DNA of 64,000 nt from Candidatus Cloacimonadota bacterium (GCA_963667255.1 OY762940.1:1024001-1088000), one strand, 5' to 3'; positions 21,690-31,551 are shown, numbered from the stretch's first letter. Notes: a model not told the origin generated them from the letters alone. A program made the numbers and translations.

Positions 21690-21778
21690 TTTGGAGGAAT
21701 TTATGGGAAAATCAAATAGAAAGACAATTAACTGTAAGTTAATTGAGATTGTAAAAAAATTAAAAGGGTTTTAGGAAA

Positions 21779-23068
21779 ATGATAGAGAGATATTCTAGAG
21801 AGAAAATGGCTCATATTTGGAGTGAGCAGAGTAAATTTGATAAAGTATTGGCGGTGGAAATTGCGGTTTGTAAGGCTAAAGCTGAACTGAACATTATCCC
21901 CAAAGAGGCTTGTGAAGATATAGAAAAGAACGCCTCTTTTTCTTTGTCCCGCTTGGAAGAGATAGAGAAAGAGGTTAAGCATGATTTGATAGCGTTTTTG
22001 ACCAGTGTTGCCGAGAATGTGGGGGATAATTCTCGTTACATTCATGTTGGACTTACTTCTTCCGATGTTCTTGATTCTGCTTTGGGATTGCAGTTTAGCG
22101 AATCTTTGGATATAATTTCCGAGGGGATTTCTTCCTTGATGAGTAGGCTAAAGGAGTTAGCTTATCGTTACAAAGATTTGCCACAAATGGGCAGAACTCA
22201 CGGAGTTCATGCTGAGCCAATTAGTCTTGGACTGAAATTTGCTCTTTGGCACGAAGATTTTAAACGCAATAGCGAGCGATTGGAACAACTGAAAAAGAGG
22301 GTTGCTGTGGGCAAACTTTCTGGTTCTGTAGGCACTTTCTCTTCCACAGAGCCTGAAGTCGAGGAAATGGCTTTGTCTCTGTTGGGTCTGGATTATGCGA
22401 AAGTTTCTACCCAAGTTTTGCAGAGAGATAGACATTCCGAATACTTGAATTTTTGTGCTTTGCTCGCCTCCTGTATGGAAAAAGTTGCTGTTGAGTTGCG
22501 GAATTTGCAACGGACAGAAATTAGAGAGTTGGAAGAGGGATTTAGCAAAGGGCAAAAAGGTTCTTCGGCGATGCCTCACAAAAAAAATCCGATTTCTGCG
22601 GAGAATATCACGGGTTTATCCCGCGTAGTTCGTGGCTACGCTCTTGCAGGTATGGAGACTGTAGCTCTGTGGCACGAGCGGGATTTGTCCAACTCTTCTT
22701 GCGAGAGAGTTACTTTGGCAGATAGTTCTATTCTTGTCGATTATATGCTGGCGAGATTGTTGAAGATTTTGCAGAACATCAATGTTCTGGAAGACAATTT
22801 GAAAGAAAACCTGAGCAAAACCAAGGGAATTGTATTTTCACAAAAGTTGATGTTGGCACTGACCAAATCGGGAATGCTAAGGGAAGATGCATATTATTTG
22901 GTGCAAAAATTGGCTCATCAAGCGTGGGATGAGGATATAAACTTGAAAGAGTTGGCGAACTCCAATCCGGAGATAAATTTGTCCGAAAAAGAGATAGACG
23001 AAATTTTCTCGGAAGCCTCTTTCTTGCGAAATGTGGACAAAATTTTTAAGAGAGTTTTTGAAGATTAG
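21779..23068 (+). CDS. purB: Adenylosuccinate lyase
   Basis: MIERYSR, HVGLTSSDV, GRTHGVHAEP, GSSAMPHKKNP and LWHERDLSNS motifs. Confidence 0.97.
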   Translation: MIERYSREKMAHIWSEQSKFDKVLAVEIAVCKAKAELNIIPKEACEDIEKNASFSLSRLEEIEKEVKHDLIAFLTSVAENVGDNSRYIHVGLTSSDVLDSALGLQFSESLDIISEGISSLMSRLKELAYRYKDLPQMGRTHGVHAEPISLGLKFALWHEDFKRNSERLEQLKKRVAVGKLSGSVGTFSSTEPEVEEMALSLLGLDYAKVSTQVLQRDRHSEYLNFCALLASCMEKVAVELRNLQRTEIRELEEGFSKGQKGSSAMPHKKNPISAENITGLSRVVRGYALAGMETVALWHERDLSNSSCERVTLADSSILVDYMLARLLKILQNINVLEDNLKENLSKTKGIVFSQKLMLALTKSGMLREDAYYLVQKLAHQAWDEDINLKELANSNPEINLSEKEIDEIFSEASFLRNVDKIFKRVFED

Positions 23069-23910
23069 AAGATAAAAGTTTTATTCTTGTGAGTAATTAT
23101 CTTGTGATTGATGTGGTTGTAAATTGCTCTTGACAGCACTATTTTTTCCAAATCTTTACCTTTTCTAATCAATTCTGCTACCGAATCGCTGTGCGAAACT
23201 CTGGCGACATCTTGTTCGATTATCGGACCCTCATCCAATTGTTCCGTCACATAGTGGCTGGTTGCACCAATAATCTTCACACCTCTAGTAAATGCTTGAT
23301 GATAAGGTTTCGCTCCGGGAAATGCCGGCAAAAACGAGTGATGAATATTGATAATTCTGTTGGGGAACTTTTCGATTATTTCATTAGACAATATTTGCAT
23401 ATATCTTGCGAGAACAACGAGAGTTATATTGTGCTCTTCCAACAATTCCAATTGCCTTTTTTCTACTTCGCTTTTGTTTTCTGTGGTAACAGGCAGATAG
23501 AAGAAAGGAATGCCAAAAGCTTTGGCGATTGGCTCCAGTTTGTCGTGATTGGAGATAATCAAGGGGATTTCCATAGGGAAAGAGCTCTTGCGGGAAAGTA
23601 TGTCAAATAGGCAATGCGAAGCCTTAGAAACAAAAATAGCTATTCTGGGTTTTGTATCAGTGAAGAAGAACTGAAATTTTACTTCGGTTAGTGAGGATGC
23701 AACTTCTTCATCGAATTTAGACTCTATCTCCTCTCTTTTCAGTTCAAAGTCGTTAAGCGACCACCTTGCCCTCATAAAAAATTTGTCGTCTTCCACATGC
23801 TGATCGATTTCAACAATATTCCCTTTGTATTTTGCCAAAAACGCAGTAACCTTGGCACTAATTCCCATTTGGTCGTGACAACTTATTAAGAGTATCGCAT
23901 GCGAATCCAT
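23065..23910 (-). CDS. purU: Formyltetrahydrofolate deformylase
   Basis: N-terminal ACT domain, IFVSKASHCL, LARYMQIL, INIHHSFLPAF.GAKPY, GATSHYVT and LDEGPIIEQ motifs. Confidence 0.97.
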   Translation of the reverse strand: MDSHAILLISCHDQMGISAKVTAFLAKYKGNIVEIDQHVEDDKFFMRARWSLNDFELKREEIESKFDEEVASSLTEVKFQFFFTDTKPRIAIFVSKASHCLFDILSRKSSFPMEIPLIISNHDKLEPIAKAFGIPFFYLPVTTENKSEVEKRQLELLEEHNITLVVLARYMQILSNEIIEKFPNRIINIHHSFLPAFPGAKPYHQAFTRGVKIIGATSHYVTEQLDEGPIIEQDVARVSHSDSVAELIRKGKDLEKIVLSRAIYNHINHKIITHKNKTFIF

Positions 23911-23924
23911 GATAACATCCTTTT

Positions 23925-24509
23925 CTAAAAAAAATTGTGATACAAATCAGAAAAATTTTGTAAGAGTATATTTGTCAATATAAACAGGGCTATATAACCA
24001 TTTGCACCCCAAGAAAATTTACGAGGTGCACACATTTTTAGATTTTTCACAGATTCTTTTTCTAATTTGAAAAAGAAATTGTTATTGAAAAATTCGTGGT
24101 AATTTAGGATAAATTTTTTCTTGTTTTTCAAAATAGTGTTAATAAACTCAAGGGTCAAAAGAGGTAGTAAAAGATTTTTTTTCATAAAATGCAGGTCGGA
24201 GCAGAGGTTTTCGATACTGGTAGATTTGCTCAAGTAGATGGAGAGCAATAAGATTAGTGAAAGTTTGCTGATTAAAATAAGTTCGTGAAAACCGCTTTCC
24301 CCTTGCAAAAGTGCAAATCCGAGATAAAAAGAGAATAGAGGTAAAAATTTAATTACAATGCTAATCCAACTCTTATAGAGTGATGGTTGGAATAAGAAAA
24401 ATATTAGAACAAGGGAAACAGAAACTTTGTTTAATGAGATAAGGGGGTAAAAAAAATATAGACAAAACCCAATTTTTGCCAAAAGGTTTTGCTTAGATAA
24501 GGTTGACAT
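23925..24509 (-). CDS. Hypothetical membrane protein, weakly EcfT/CbiQ-like
   Basis: Several TM segments; LAKI near the N-terminus and KSTSIENL after the TM region resemble EcfT. Overlaps the murI stop. Confidence 0.5.
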   Translation of the reverse strand: MSTLSKQNLLAKIGFCLYFFYPLISLNKVSVSLVLIFFLFQPSLYKSWISIVIKFLPLFSFYLGFALLQGESGFHELILISKLSLILLLSIYLSKSTSIENLCSDLHFMKKNLLLPLLTLEFINTILKNKKKFILNYHEFFNNNFFFKLEKESVKNLKMCAPRKFSWGANGYIALFILTNILLQNFSDLYHNFF

Positions 24510-25269
24510 GCTCCAATTTGATGTTGGGATTGTTCAGAATTTTTCGTGATAAAAGTAAAAAGTTCTCTTGGTCGTCGGTAACAAAAAATTGATTTTTGCC
24601 CGGGTTTGTATTAGCAGATGGAGCAATTATCTCTTTTAGGGAGTTGCTAATCGCTACACCGGAATCAACCAGATTGATTTTACCTTGGAAATACTCATCG
24701 ATTTTTTTTTTGAGGACTGGATAATGCGTGCAGCCTAAGATTAAGGTGTCAATATCAGGAAAATCTTGCAGATACTCCTCAATAAGAATTTTGGTAATTA
24801 TGTGATTTTCGTATCCGTTTTCCACCAGAGGAACAAACATTGGGCAACTCTTACTATGAGTTTGGATGGTATCGTCAAGAGCGTTTAGTTCCGTGGCGTA
24901 GGCTTGACTTTTTATTGTGGCGATTGTCCCGATAATTCCTATTTTTTTATTAATGCTTGTTTCGGCAGCTAATTTTGCACCAATTTTGATTACTCCGATG
25001 ATAGGAATATCGAACTCTTTTTCCAGTTCTCCGATGGCTAATGCACTGGCGGTGTTGCAGGCGACGACAATCAGTTTTACATTTTTGGAAAGCAGAAAGC
25101 GGATATTTTCTCTGGAAAACTTAATAATGCTTTCCTTACTCTTGGTGCCATATGGTAGCCGTGCCGTGTCACCCAAATAGACAATATCGTCGCAGGGGAA
25201 GACCCTGCGTATCTCTTTGAAAATGGTCAAACCACCTACACCCGAATCAAAAATGCCAATAGGTTTCAT
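24493..25269 (-). CDS. murI: Glutamate racemase
   Basis: IGIFDSGVGGL, DTARLPYG, VACNTAS and LGCTHYP motifs. Confidence 0.97.
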   Translation of the reverse strand: MKPIGIFDSGVGGLTIFKEIRRVFPCDDIVYLGDTARLPYGTKSKESIIKFSRENIRFLLSKNVKLIVVACNTASALAIGELEKEFDIPIIGVIKIGAKLAAETSINKKIGIIGTIATIKSQAYATELNALDDTIQTHSKSCPMFVPLVENGYENHIITKILIEEYLQDFPDIDTLILGCTHYPVLKKKIDEYFQGKINLVDSGVAISNSLKEIIAPSANTNPGKNQFFVTDDQENFLLLSRKILNNPNIKLEHVNLI

Positions 25270-25275
25270 TGAAGT

Positions 25276-26667
25276 TTAATTTTGAGGTTCTGCTGAAAGA
25301 ATTTTTCCTCTTAGTTCTTCCAAAAGAGAAGTGACCAAAGATTTTTTGAGAGCACTCTTTTTATCTCCGTTAACCAAAAATTCATCAAATCCTTCTTGAG
25401 TTGTTAGGACGGAATATTGAGCGTCATCTTTTACAGGAGAGAGACCAAAAAATCCGGAATGTTTTATCGAGGTTATTTCGTTTTGATTGGACTTTAGCTC
25501 AGGAGCAAAATACTGATATCTTTTGTTTTGGAAAAGGATAAGACTATAAATTTCTTTGAGTTCCTTTCCGCTAACTTTTGCAGTCAATAAGCGATGGTCA
25601 GTTTCAAAAATTTGGTAAATGTCTTTGTCCGAAACATTGTCTTTGGATAGAGAGTTCTTAAAAATACTTTGAGGAATAACAACGAAATCTATCTTGCTAC
25701 TTTCAGCAAGGTTTCGGCAGACTATTTTTCCCAAGGGAGTGGGAAATTTCACTCTTGTGGGTTTGCTACTTATATCGGAAGCAGCAGTGGCAATACTTTC
25801 ATAATTCTCAGCAATTACATTGCCCTCATTGGTTCTTTCAAGATTGATAATCTCCGAACTGGCAGAAGATAAAAATCTGAATTTAGGGTCGAATGAAAGT
25901 TTAACAAGAGAGATTTCGCCTTCCTGCACACTTGTGCTGATAATAGGAACAGAGCCAGCATTTGTAGAGTAAGAAGAGGATTTATTGTCGTTCACAAAGA
26001 TTGCGGAAATTCCATCTATTTTACTAATTTTGCGTAAAGCATCATCAAGGATTTGTCTGGTAAATGTATCGAAACTCGCGGGGATGTCCAACATTACGAT
26101 TATGGCGTTAGGGATAACTCCACCGCTTACGATTTCGCTTATTTTTGCTTCAACTGCTTCAGCTAAAGGGGTTGTAGTTATGTCAGCGTTTATGAATAGA
26201 TTTTCGGCACATCCTCCGACAAACAAAATTTTATACCCGTTTTTTTCTAACAGGCAAGTTGAAGAGATGCCTTGCAGACCTCTTTTTTTTTCACTTTTCA
26301 AGTTTGTGCATAGAACGGCAGAGTTGGAAGTTTTGTTAAATTCCAAATACTCTTTTAATCCAAAAACTAAATCTTCTCCGGAGATTAGATTTAGTTTAAG
26401 ATTTAATTTTTGTAGCTTAGCGGCGAAAGATTGTCCATCTCCTCGAAACGAACTGAAAGAACCAGAATAGTTGTTCCCTAATCCAATCAAAATTGAATTG
26501 GGGAATACGGAAACAATCTTATTTTGTAAGTCATCTAAACCACAAATTTTCCCATCAGATTTAACTCTTCCTGATAATTGTTGAAAGGCGATAATGTCAA
26601 CAACATCTACAGTCTGCCCGAAAAGCAAGCCGAAAAACAAGCAAGACAGTAATGTAAGTTTACGCAT
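25276..26667 (-). CDS. Secreted 5'-nucleotidase/metallophosphoesterase-fold protein with degenerate active site
   Basis: Signal peptide; secondary-structure pattern of 5'-nucleotidase N and C domains (LGKIVCRNL, SGKELKE, YSVLT). Metal-binding motifs are altered. Confidence 0.6.
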   Translation of the reverse strand: MRKLTLLSCLFFGLLFGQTVDVVDIIAFQQLSGRVKSDGKICGLDDLQNKIVSVFPNSILIGLGNNYSGSFSSFRGDGQSFAAKLQKLNLKLNLISGEDLVFGLKEYLEFNKTSNSAVLCTNLKSEKKRGLQGISSTCLLEKNGYKILFVGGCAENLFINADITTTPLAEAVEAKISEIVSGGVIPNAIIVMLDIPASFDTFTRQILDDALRKISKIDGISAIFVNDNKSSSYSTNAGSVPIISTSVQEGEISLVKLSFDPKFRFLSSASSEIINLERTNEGNVIAENYESIATAASDISSKPTRVKFPTPLGKIVCRNLAESSKIDFVVIPQSIFKNSLSKDNVSDKDIYQIFETDHRLLTAKVSGKELKEIYSLILFQNKRYQYFAPELKSNQNEITSIKHSGFFGLSPVKDDAQYSVLTTQEGFDEFLVNGDKKSALKKSLVTSLLEELRGKILSAEPQN

Positions 26668-26671
26668 TGAT

Positions 26672-26944
26672 TTAGAAAAGATAAGATGCTATATTTTTAC
26701 AGATTATTTGCATATCTCCCACAGCTTTTTCGATGGCTTGAGGAGCAGTATTCAAAACATCTTGCAAACTTTTCTTTTTGCTAAAGTCCAAACCTCCGGC
26801 AGCTTGTTGATTGGATTGAGTTGTTTCTTCCAAATTGATGGAATCAGGATCGGGGGAAGTAATCTTTTTCTCCAAAGCTCTCAAGAAAGCCATATTTTTC
26901 AGAAGCAGTTTTACTGATTCATCAAGCATTTCATGTTTATGCAT
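26672..26944 (-). CDS. Hypothetical protein
   Basis: 90 aa, strong AAGGAG RBS, first gene of the minus-strand run. Confidence 0.7.
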   Translation of the reverse strand: MHKHEMLDESVKLLLKNMAFLRALEKKITSPDPDSINLEETTQSNQQAAGGLDFSKKKSLQDVLNTAPQAIEKAVGDMQIICKNIASYLF

Positions 26945-27076
26945 TTTGTTTTCTCCTTAATAAATAATATAAGTCATTACTTGGGGTTTGTGGATTGTAG
27001 TCAAGAAATTTTATTTTGGATTTTTCTACAATTTTAAATTGACACGAATATTTTGAAAATAATAGTCTTTTGCGGA

Positions 27077-29206
27077 ATGAGAGGCAAAATTAAATTTAGA
27101 CGGTTGCTGGGGGTTGTATTTGTGTTTGTTTTTTTTAGTTATAGTTGGGGAACTGTCAAAATCAACGAAATTCTTTATGACCCAGAAGGCTCGGATAGTG
27201 ATAAGGAGTGGATAGAGTTCTATAACAATTCTGATAGTGCCATTAGTTTGAAATCGTGGAAAATTTATTTGGGAGGCAACAGTTTTGCTCTCGCATATAC
27301 TTTCCCTGAAGTGTCCATTAAAGCGAAAGGGTTTTTAGTTGTAGGTTTTCCGGATTTTTGTGATTTGCAAGAAAATTTTGCTTTTCAAAATGGTGGTTCT
27401 GCTACCGATGGAGTTAAGTTGGAAGATAGTGCCGGAGTATGTCGAGATGTGCTATTATATGACAGTCCTAACAGCAATTCTCTGGCAATAGAAGACGGGA
27501 GCATTGGGAATAAATTTGCTCCTGATGTTTCGTCAGGGCATAGTTTAGCTCGGAAAATTGATGGGAAGGACAGTGATAATTGTGAGGAAGATTTTATAGA
27601 ATGTGCAGAGCCGACTCCCGGGAAATCGAATGTGAAAGAGAAACCTGTTTTTAAAAAATGGCAGACGATGAAAATTAGTGAATTGTATTATGATCCTCCT
27701 GGTACTGACGGGGATGGTGAATGGATAGAACTCTATAATCCCACGGATAGTGCGATAAATTTGCAGGGGTGGCAGATTTACGCAGGTGGAAGTTCCTATT
27801 CTCTTGCTTACGAATTTGATTCGTGTTTGGTTGCATCCAAATCTTTTGCTGTGATAGGTGCAAATTCGGAGTTTGATGTTGTAAAAAAACTCTCTTTTCA
27901 AAATGGTGGCTCTGAGACAGATGGAGTTAAATTGTCCTCTCCAGATGGGAGCTATTGTGATGTTCTTTTGTATGATAGTCCAAATACAAATGGGTTGACT
28001 GACGAAAATGGGAAGATTGGTGAAAATTTTGCGGAAGATGTTTCCGAGGGATATTCGCTGGCAAGGGCAAATTTGGAAGTAGATTTTGATAAGAGTGATT
28101 TGGATTTTTCTTCTACCAAATTTTTGACTCCGAGGGCAAAAAACAAATTTCCTATCTCTCTTAAATTGTCGGGGTTCTACAAGCAAAATGAAAAGTTGTG
28201 CACCAAAATTACCAACTTATCCACATTCGATTTGCAGGCGGAATTTGCTAAAATTACACTAAGTTGCAACGGTTCGATTTTGCTTGAGCACAAAGTTGGA
28301 TTTGTGGGCAAAAATGCGAGCTCAGAGATAGCTCTTGACTGTAAAAATAGTAACGACTTTTATCAGGTTTGGAGAGCGAATTTAGCGTGTGAATTGGACG
28401 CTGATACAAGTGATAACACACTTGTTTTCTCAGTAGTTAGCTCTGACATTGGTCTTGTGATAAATGAGGTAATGTGTAATCCACTTAATGGCTCTCCGGA
28501 GTGGTTGGAAATCTACAATGGTGGCGAGGGGAAGCTGACAATTAATGATGTTCAATTGAGGGACAAATCTGGGGATATTACTAAGTTTAGTTTGCAAATT
28601 GATAAGGGCGAATATTTGGTAATTACCGATAATTTAAGCACATTCGTGCAATTTTATCCACAGGTTGACAATTCCAAGATTATTGAGGTCAAAAATCTAA
28701 TCAGTTTGAACAATAGTGATGAAGTTTTGATTTTGGAAGATTGCTGGGGAACGAAATTTGATTCTGTGAGTTATGGGAAAATAGATTTGGCAAAGGGTGT
28801 TTCGTTAGAAAAATTTGGCTATCAAGACCTTGGCAATGTTTGGGGCGAGAGCGTGGACACAGCGACCCCGGGAGAAGCTAACTCGGTCAGAGTTTATCAG
28901 TATAAGCATTATTTTGATACGAAAATTTCCAAAAAAGCGATGAAGCATGGGGAAAATATTACCATTAGTTACAATGTCCCTGAAATTCGCTCAGTTGCCA
29001 GAGTTCATTGCAAGGTGTATGATTTGCAAGGGAATCTGAAAAGAGATTTGCGGAACTACAAAAAATCTGCTGTTCAGGGCAATATCAATTTTGATGGCAG
29101 AGATGACAGAGGCAGATTTTTGGAATCGGGTGTTTATTATGTGGTGCTGAGCGTCTCCAAGGGTAATGCGATTTACAAAAAAAGATGGTATGTGACAATC
29201 AAATGA
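27077..29206 (+). CDS. Secreted lamin-tail-domain repeat protein with C-terminal FlgD-Ig-like domain
   Basis: Three I(N/S)E..Y(D/N)P...EW(I/L)E.YN LTD starts; C-terminal VYDLQG...FDGRDDRG..L.SGVYY. The ORF track starts at TTG 27053, but ATG 27077 is more likely. Confidence 0.82.
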   Translation: MRGKIKFRRLLGVVFVFVFFSYSWGTVKINEILYDPEGSDSDKEWIEFYNNSDSAISLKSWKIYLGGNSFALAYTFPEVSIKAKGFLVVGFPDFCDLQENFAFQNGGSATDGVKLEDSAGVCRDVLLYDSPNSNSLAIEDGSIGNKFAPDVSSGHSLARKIDGKDSDNCEEDFIECAEPTPGKSNVKEKPVFKKWQTMKISELYYDPPGTDGDGEWIELYNPTDSAINLQGWQIYAGGSSYSLAYEFDSCLVASKSFAVIGANSEFDVVKKLSFQNGGSETDGVKLSSPDGSYCDVLLYDSPNTNGLTDENGKIGENFAEDVSEGYSLARANLEVDFDKSDLDFSSTKFLTPRAKNKFPISLKLSGFYKQNEKLCTKITNLSTFDLQAEFAKITLSCNGSILLEHKVGFVGKNASSEIALDCKNSNDFYQVWRANLACELDADTSDNTLVFSVVSSDIGLVINEVMCNPLNGSPEWLEIYNGGEGKLTINDVQLRDKSGDITKFSLQIDKGEYLVITDNLSTFVQFYPQVDNSKIIEVKNLISLNNSDEVLILEDCWGTKFDSVSYGKIDLAKGVSLEKFGYQDLGNVWGESVDTATPGEANSVRVYQYKHYFDTKISKKAMKHGENITISYNVPEIRSVARVHCKVYDLQGNLKRDLRNYKKSAVQGNINFDGRDDRGRFLESGVYYVVLSVSKGNAIYKKRWYVTIK
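27157..28143 (+). repeat. Intragenic tandem duplication (two ~160-aa LTD units)
   Basis: Units ~27157-27630 and ~27670-28143 share YDP.G.D, EWIE.YN..DSAI.L..W.IY.GG, FQNGGS.TDGVKL, DVLLYDSPN and FA.DVS.G.SLAR. DNA similarity is also visible. Confidence 0.8.
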
Positions 29207-31536
29207 ACTATTACAAATTGTATTTTGCTCAAAATTTGGAAGGCGGACTGATTTATTGCAGTAACGACAAACTGTCTCCGCTCGTTAGGGTTTTGGTGAA
29301 ATTGCGGAAAAAATTAACTACCGCTATAGTTGGGGAAGAGGTGCAAAAGCCCGAAGATTTCAAATGTGAGGAGATTGTAGAGGTTTTGGATGATGAGCCG
29401 ATAATAAACGAAGAGTTGTTCTCTTTGGCTGAATGGGTGTCGCACTATTATCATTATCCGCTTGGAATGGCGTTGTTTGCAGTTTTGGACAGAGGAGCGA
29501 GGGTCGAGGTCAATCAGAAAGTTGTAAAATTGCAAGAGGAAAGTGGTGACGAGTTGCTGAAACTTTTGCCCGAAAGTGGTGATATTAGAGTTGAGGATTT
29601 GCAAAAAAAATACGGTAAGAGTGGTTTTTTTAAAAAGTTGGAAGAGCTGGAGAATGAAGGATTTTTAAGAATTTTGCGGACTAATTCCACAGAATCTTTG
29701 AAAGGGAAAGAAAATTTTATCAAGCTCAATTGTGTTGAGATTGGCGACACAAAACTCGGAGTAAAGCAGAGAGAGCTTTTTGATTTTTTGGTGGAATGCG
29801 AAAAAGCTGTTCCTCTCTCGGTTATCAGCAAGAAATTTTCCTATGCTGTGGTGAAAGGGCTGGAAGAAAAGGGGATTGTCGGCAGAGAGTTGCGGGATAG
29901 GTATAGTCAGATATTGGAGTCGCAAGAGGAATCGGCTCCGAGGGTTGACTTGACGGATGAGCAAACGGAGGCTTATTTACAAATCAAATCCGATATTGAG
30001 AAAGAGGTTTTTTCTTCATTTTTGTTATTTGGGAAAACAGGGACCGGAAAGACTGAAGTTTACTTTAAGGCGATGGAAGATTGTTTGCGACTTGGCAAAA
30101 CTGTTCTTTTTCTGTTGCCGGAGATTTCGCTGACACCTATGATGTTGCAGAGAGTTGGCAGGGCGTTTCCCAAAGAGAAGATTGCGATTTTGCACAGCGG
30201 ACTTGCAGGTGTGGAGAGATATTTGCAGTGGAAGAGGGCAAAGACTGCCCAGATTGTTCTTGGTGTTCGTTCCGCTATTTTTGCTCCTTTGCAGAATGTC
30301 GGGCTAATAGTAGTGGATGAGGAGCACGAGCAGACTTTCAAACAAGATAATGCACCGTTTTACAATGCCAGAGATTTGGCTCTAGTGCGAGCAAAGAAGA
30401 ATAACGCTGTGGTCATTCTGGGTTCTGCGACCCCGTCTTTCGCTTCGTGGCACAACGCTATGGCGGGCAAACATATTTTGCTTCGTCTCAACAATAGACC
30501 GTTTAAAGCGAGTTTCCCGTCTGTGGAAATTTTGGATTTGAAAGAAGAAAAATCTTTGCTTACCGAGAGGTTCAAACAATTGGTGCGGGACAGATTGTCC
30601 AAAAAAGAGCAAGTGATTATCTTGCAAAACAGGCGAGGACACAGTTCGTATTTGCAGTGTCGCGATTGTGGGGAGTTGCTGCAATGTCCGCATTGTCAGA
30701 TTTCGCTCAGCTACCATAGCAGTGACAATTTGTTGCGGTGTCATTATTGCGGATTTGTTCGTGAAGTGCCAAAAAAGTGTCCAGTGTGCGGTAATTACGG
30801 ATTTATGAAAGGCGGAACGGGAACACAGAAAATAGAAGAGTTGCTGAATAAAAATTTTCCCAAGGCAAAGATTTTGCGGATTGACAGCGACACGGCGAGC
30901 TCTTTTGCCAAGCACAAGGTGAATTTGGAGAAGATAGAAAAGGGCGAAGTTGATATCATACTGGGAACTCAGATAGTTGCAAAAGGGTGGGATTTCCCCA
31001 ATATTACTTTGGCTGTTGTTTTGCGAGCGGACGATTTACTGAATATGCCGGACTTTATGGCTGGTGAGAGGAATTTTGCCTTATTGACTCAGGTTGCCGG
31101 CAGAACGGGACGGGGTGAGAAAAAGGGGACTTTTTTGTTGCAATCCTACAATCCCGAGAATTTGTGTTTACAGATGGTGAAGTCGGGCGAGTTGGAACAG
31201 TTTGTTGAGGAGTCGCTGGAACACAGGGAGATTTTGGATTATCCTCCATATTCCAAGTTGGTCAGGTTTGTTTTTTCATCGCTGGACAGAGCAAAATTGG
31301 AAAAATTTCTGCAAGAGAACAAAAAATTGTTCGACCATATGGAGAGTAAAATCAAAGTTTTGGGACCGACTCCCGCTCCTGTTTTTCGTCTGAAAAAGCG
31401 ATTTCGGTATCATGTTGTGGTGAAAGCCAAAAATTCCAAAGAGGCAAATTGGGTTGTTAAGTTTATGAAACTGAATTTGACACATCTGTATTCGGTTAGG
31501 CTCACTATTGATGTTGACCCTTATAGTTTATTTTGA
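29203..31536 (+). CDS. priA: Primosomal protein N' (replication restart helicase)
   Basis: GKTGTGKTEVY, LLPEISLT, DEEHE, GSATPS, four CxxC pairs and QVAGRTGR. ATGA overlap with the upstream gene. Confidence 0.97.
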   Translation: MNYYKLYFAQNLEGGLIYCSNDKLSPLVRVLVKLRKKLTTAIVGEEVQKPEDFKCEEIVEVLDDEPIINEELFSLAEWVSHYYHYPLGMALFAVLDRGARVEVNQKVVKLQEESGDELLKLLPESGDIRVEDLQKKYGKSGFFKKLEELENEGFLRILRTNSTESLKGKENFIKLNCVEIGDTKLGVKQRELFDFLVECEKAVPLSVISKKFSYAVVKGLEEKGIVGRELRDRYSQILESQEESAPRVDLTDEQTEAYLQIKSDIEKEVFSSFLLFGKTGTGKTEVYFKAMEDCLRLGKTVLFLLPEISLTPMMLQRVGRAFPKEKIAILHSGLAGVERYLQWKRAKTAQIVLGVRSAIFAPLQNVGLIVVDEEHEQTFKQDNAPFYNARDLALVRAKKNNAVVILGSATPSFASWHNAMAGKHILLRLNNRPFKASFPSVEILDLKEEKSLLTERFKQLVRDRLSKKEQVIILQNRRGHSSYLQCRDCGELLQCPHCQISLSYHSSDNLLRCHYCGFVREVPKKCPVCGNYGFMKGGTGTQKIEELLNKNFPKAKILRIDSDTASSFAKHKVNLEKIEKGEVDIILGTQIVAKGWDFPNITLAVVLRADDLLNMPDFMAGERNFALLTQVAGRTGRGEKKGTFLLQSYNPENLCLQMVKSGELEQFVEESLEHREILDYPPYSKLVRFVFSSLDRAKLEKFLQENKKLFDHMESKIKVLGPTPAPVFRLKKRFRYHVVVKAKNSKEANWVVKFMKLNLTHLYSVRLTIDVDPYSLF

Positions 31537-31551
31537 TTGAGGAAGGAAATT

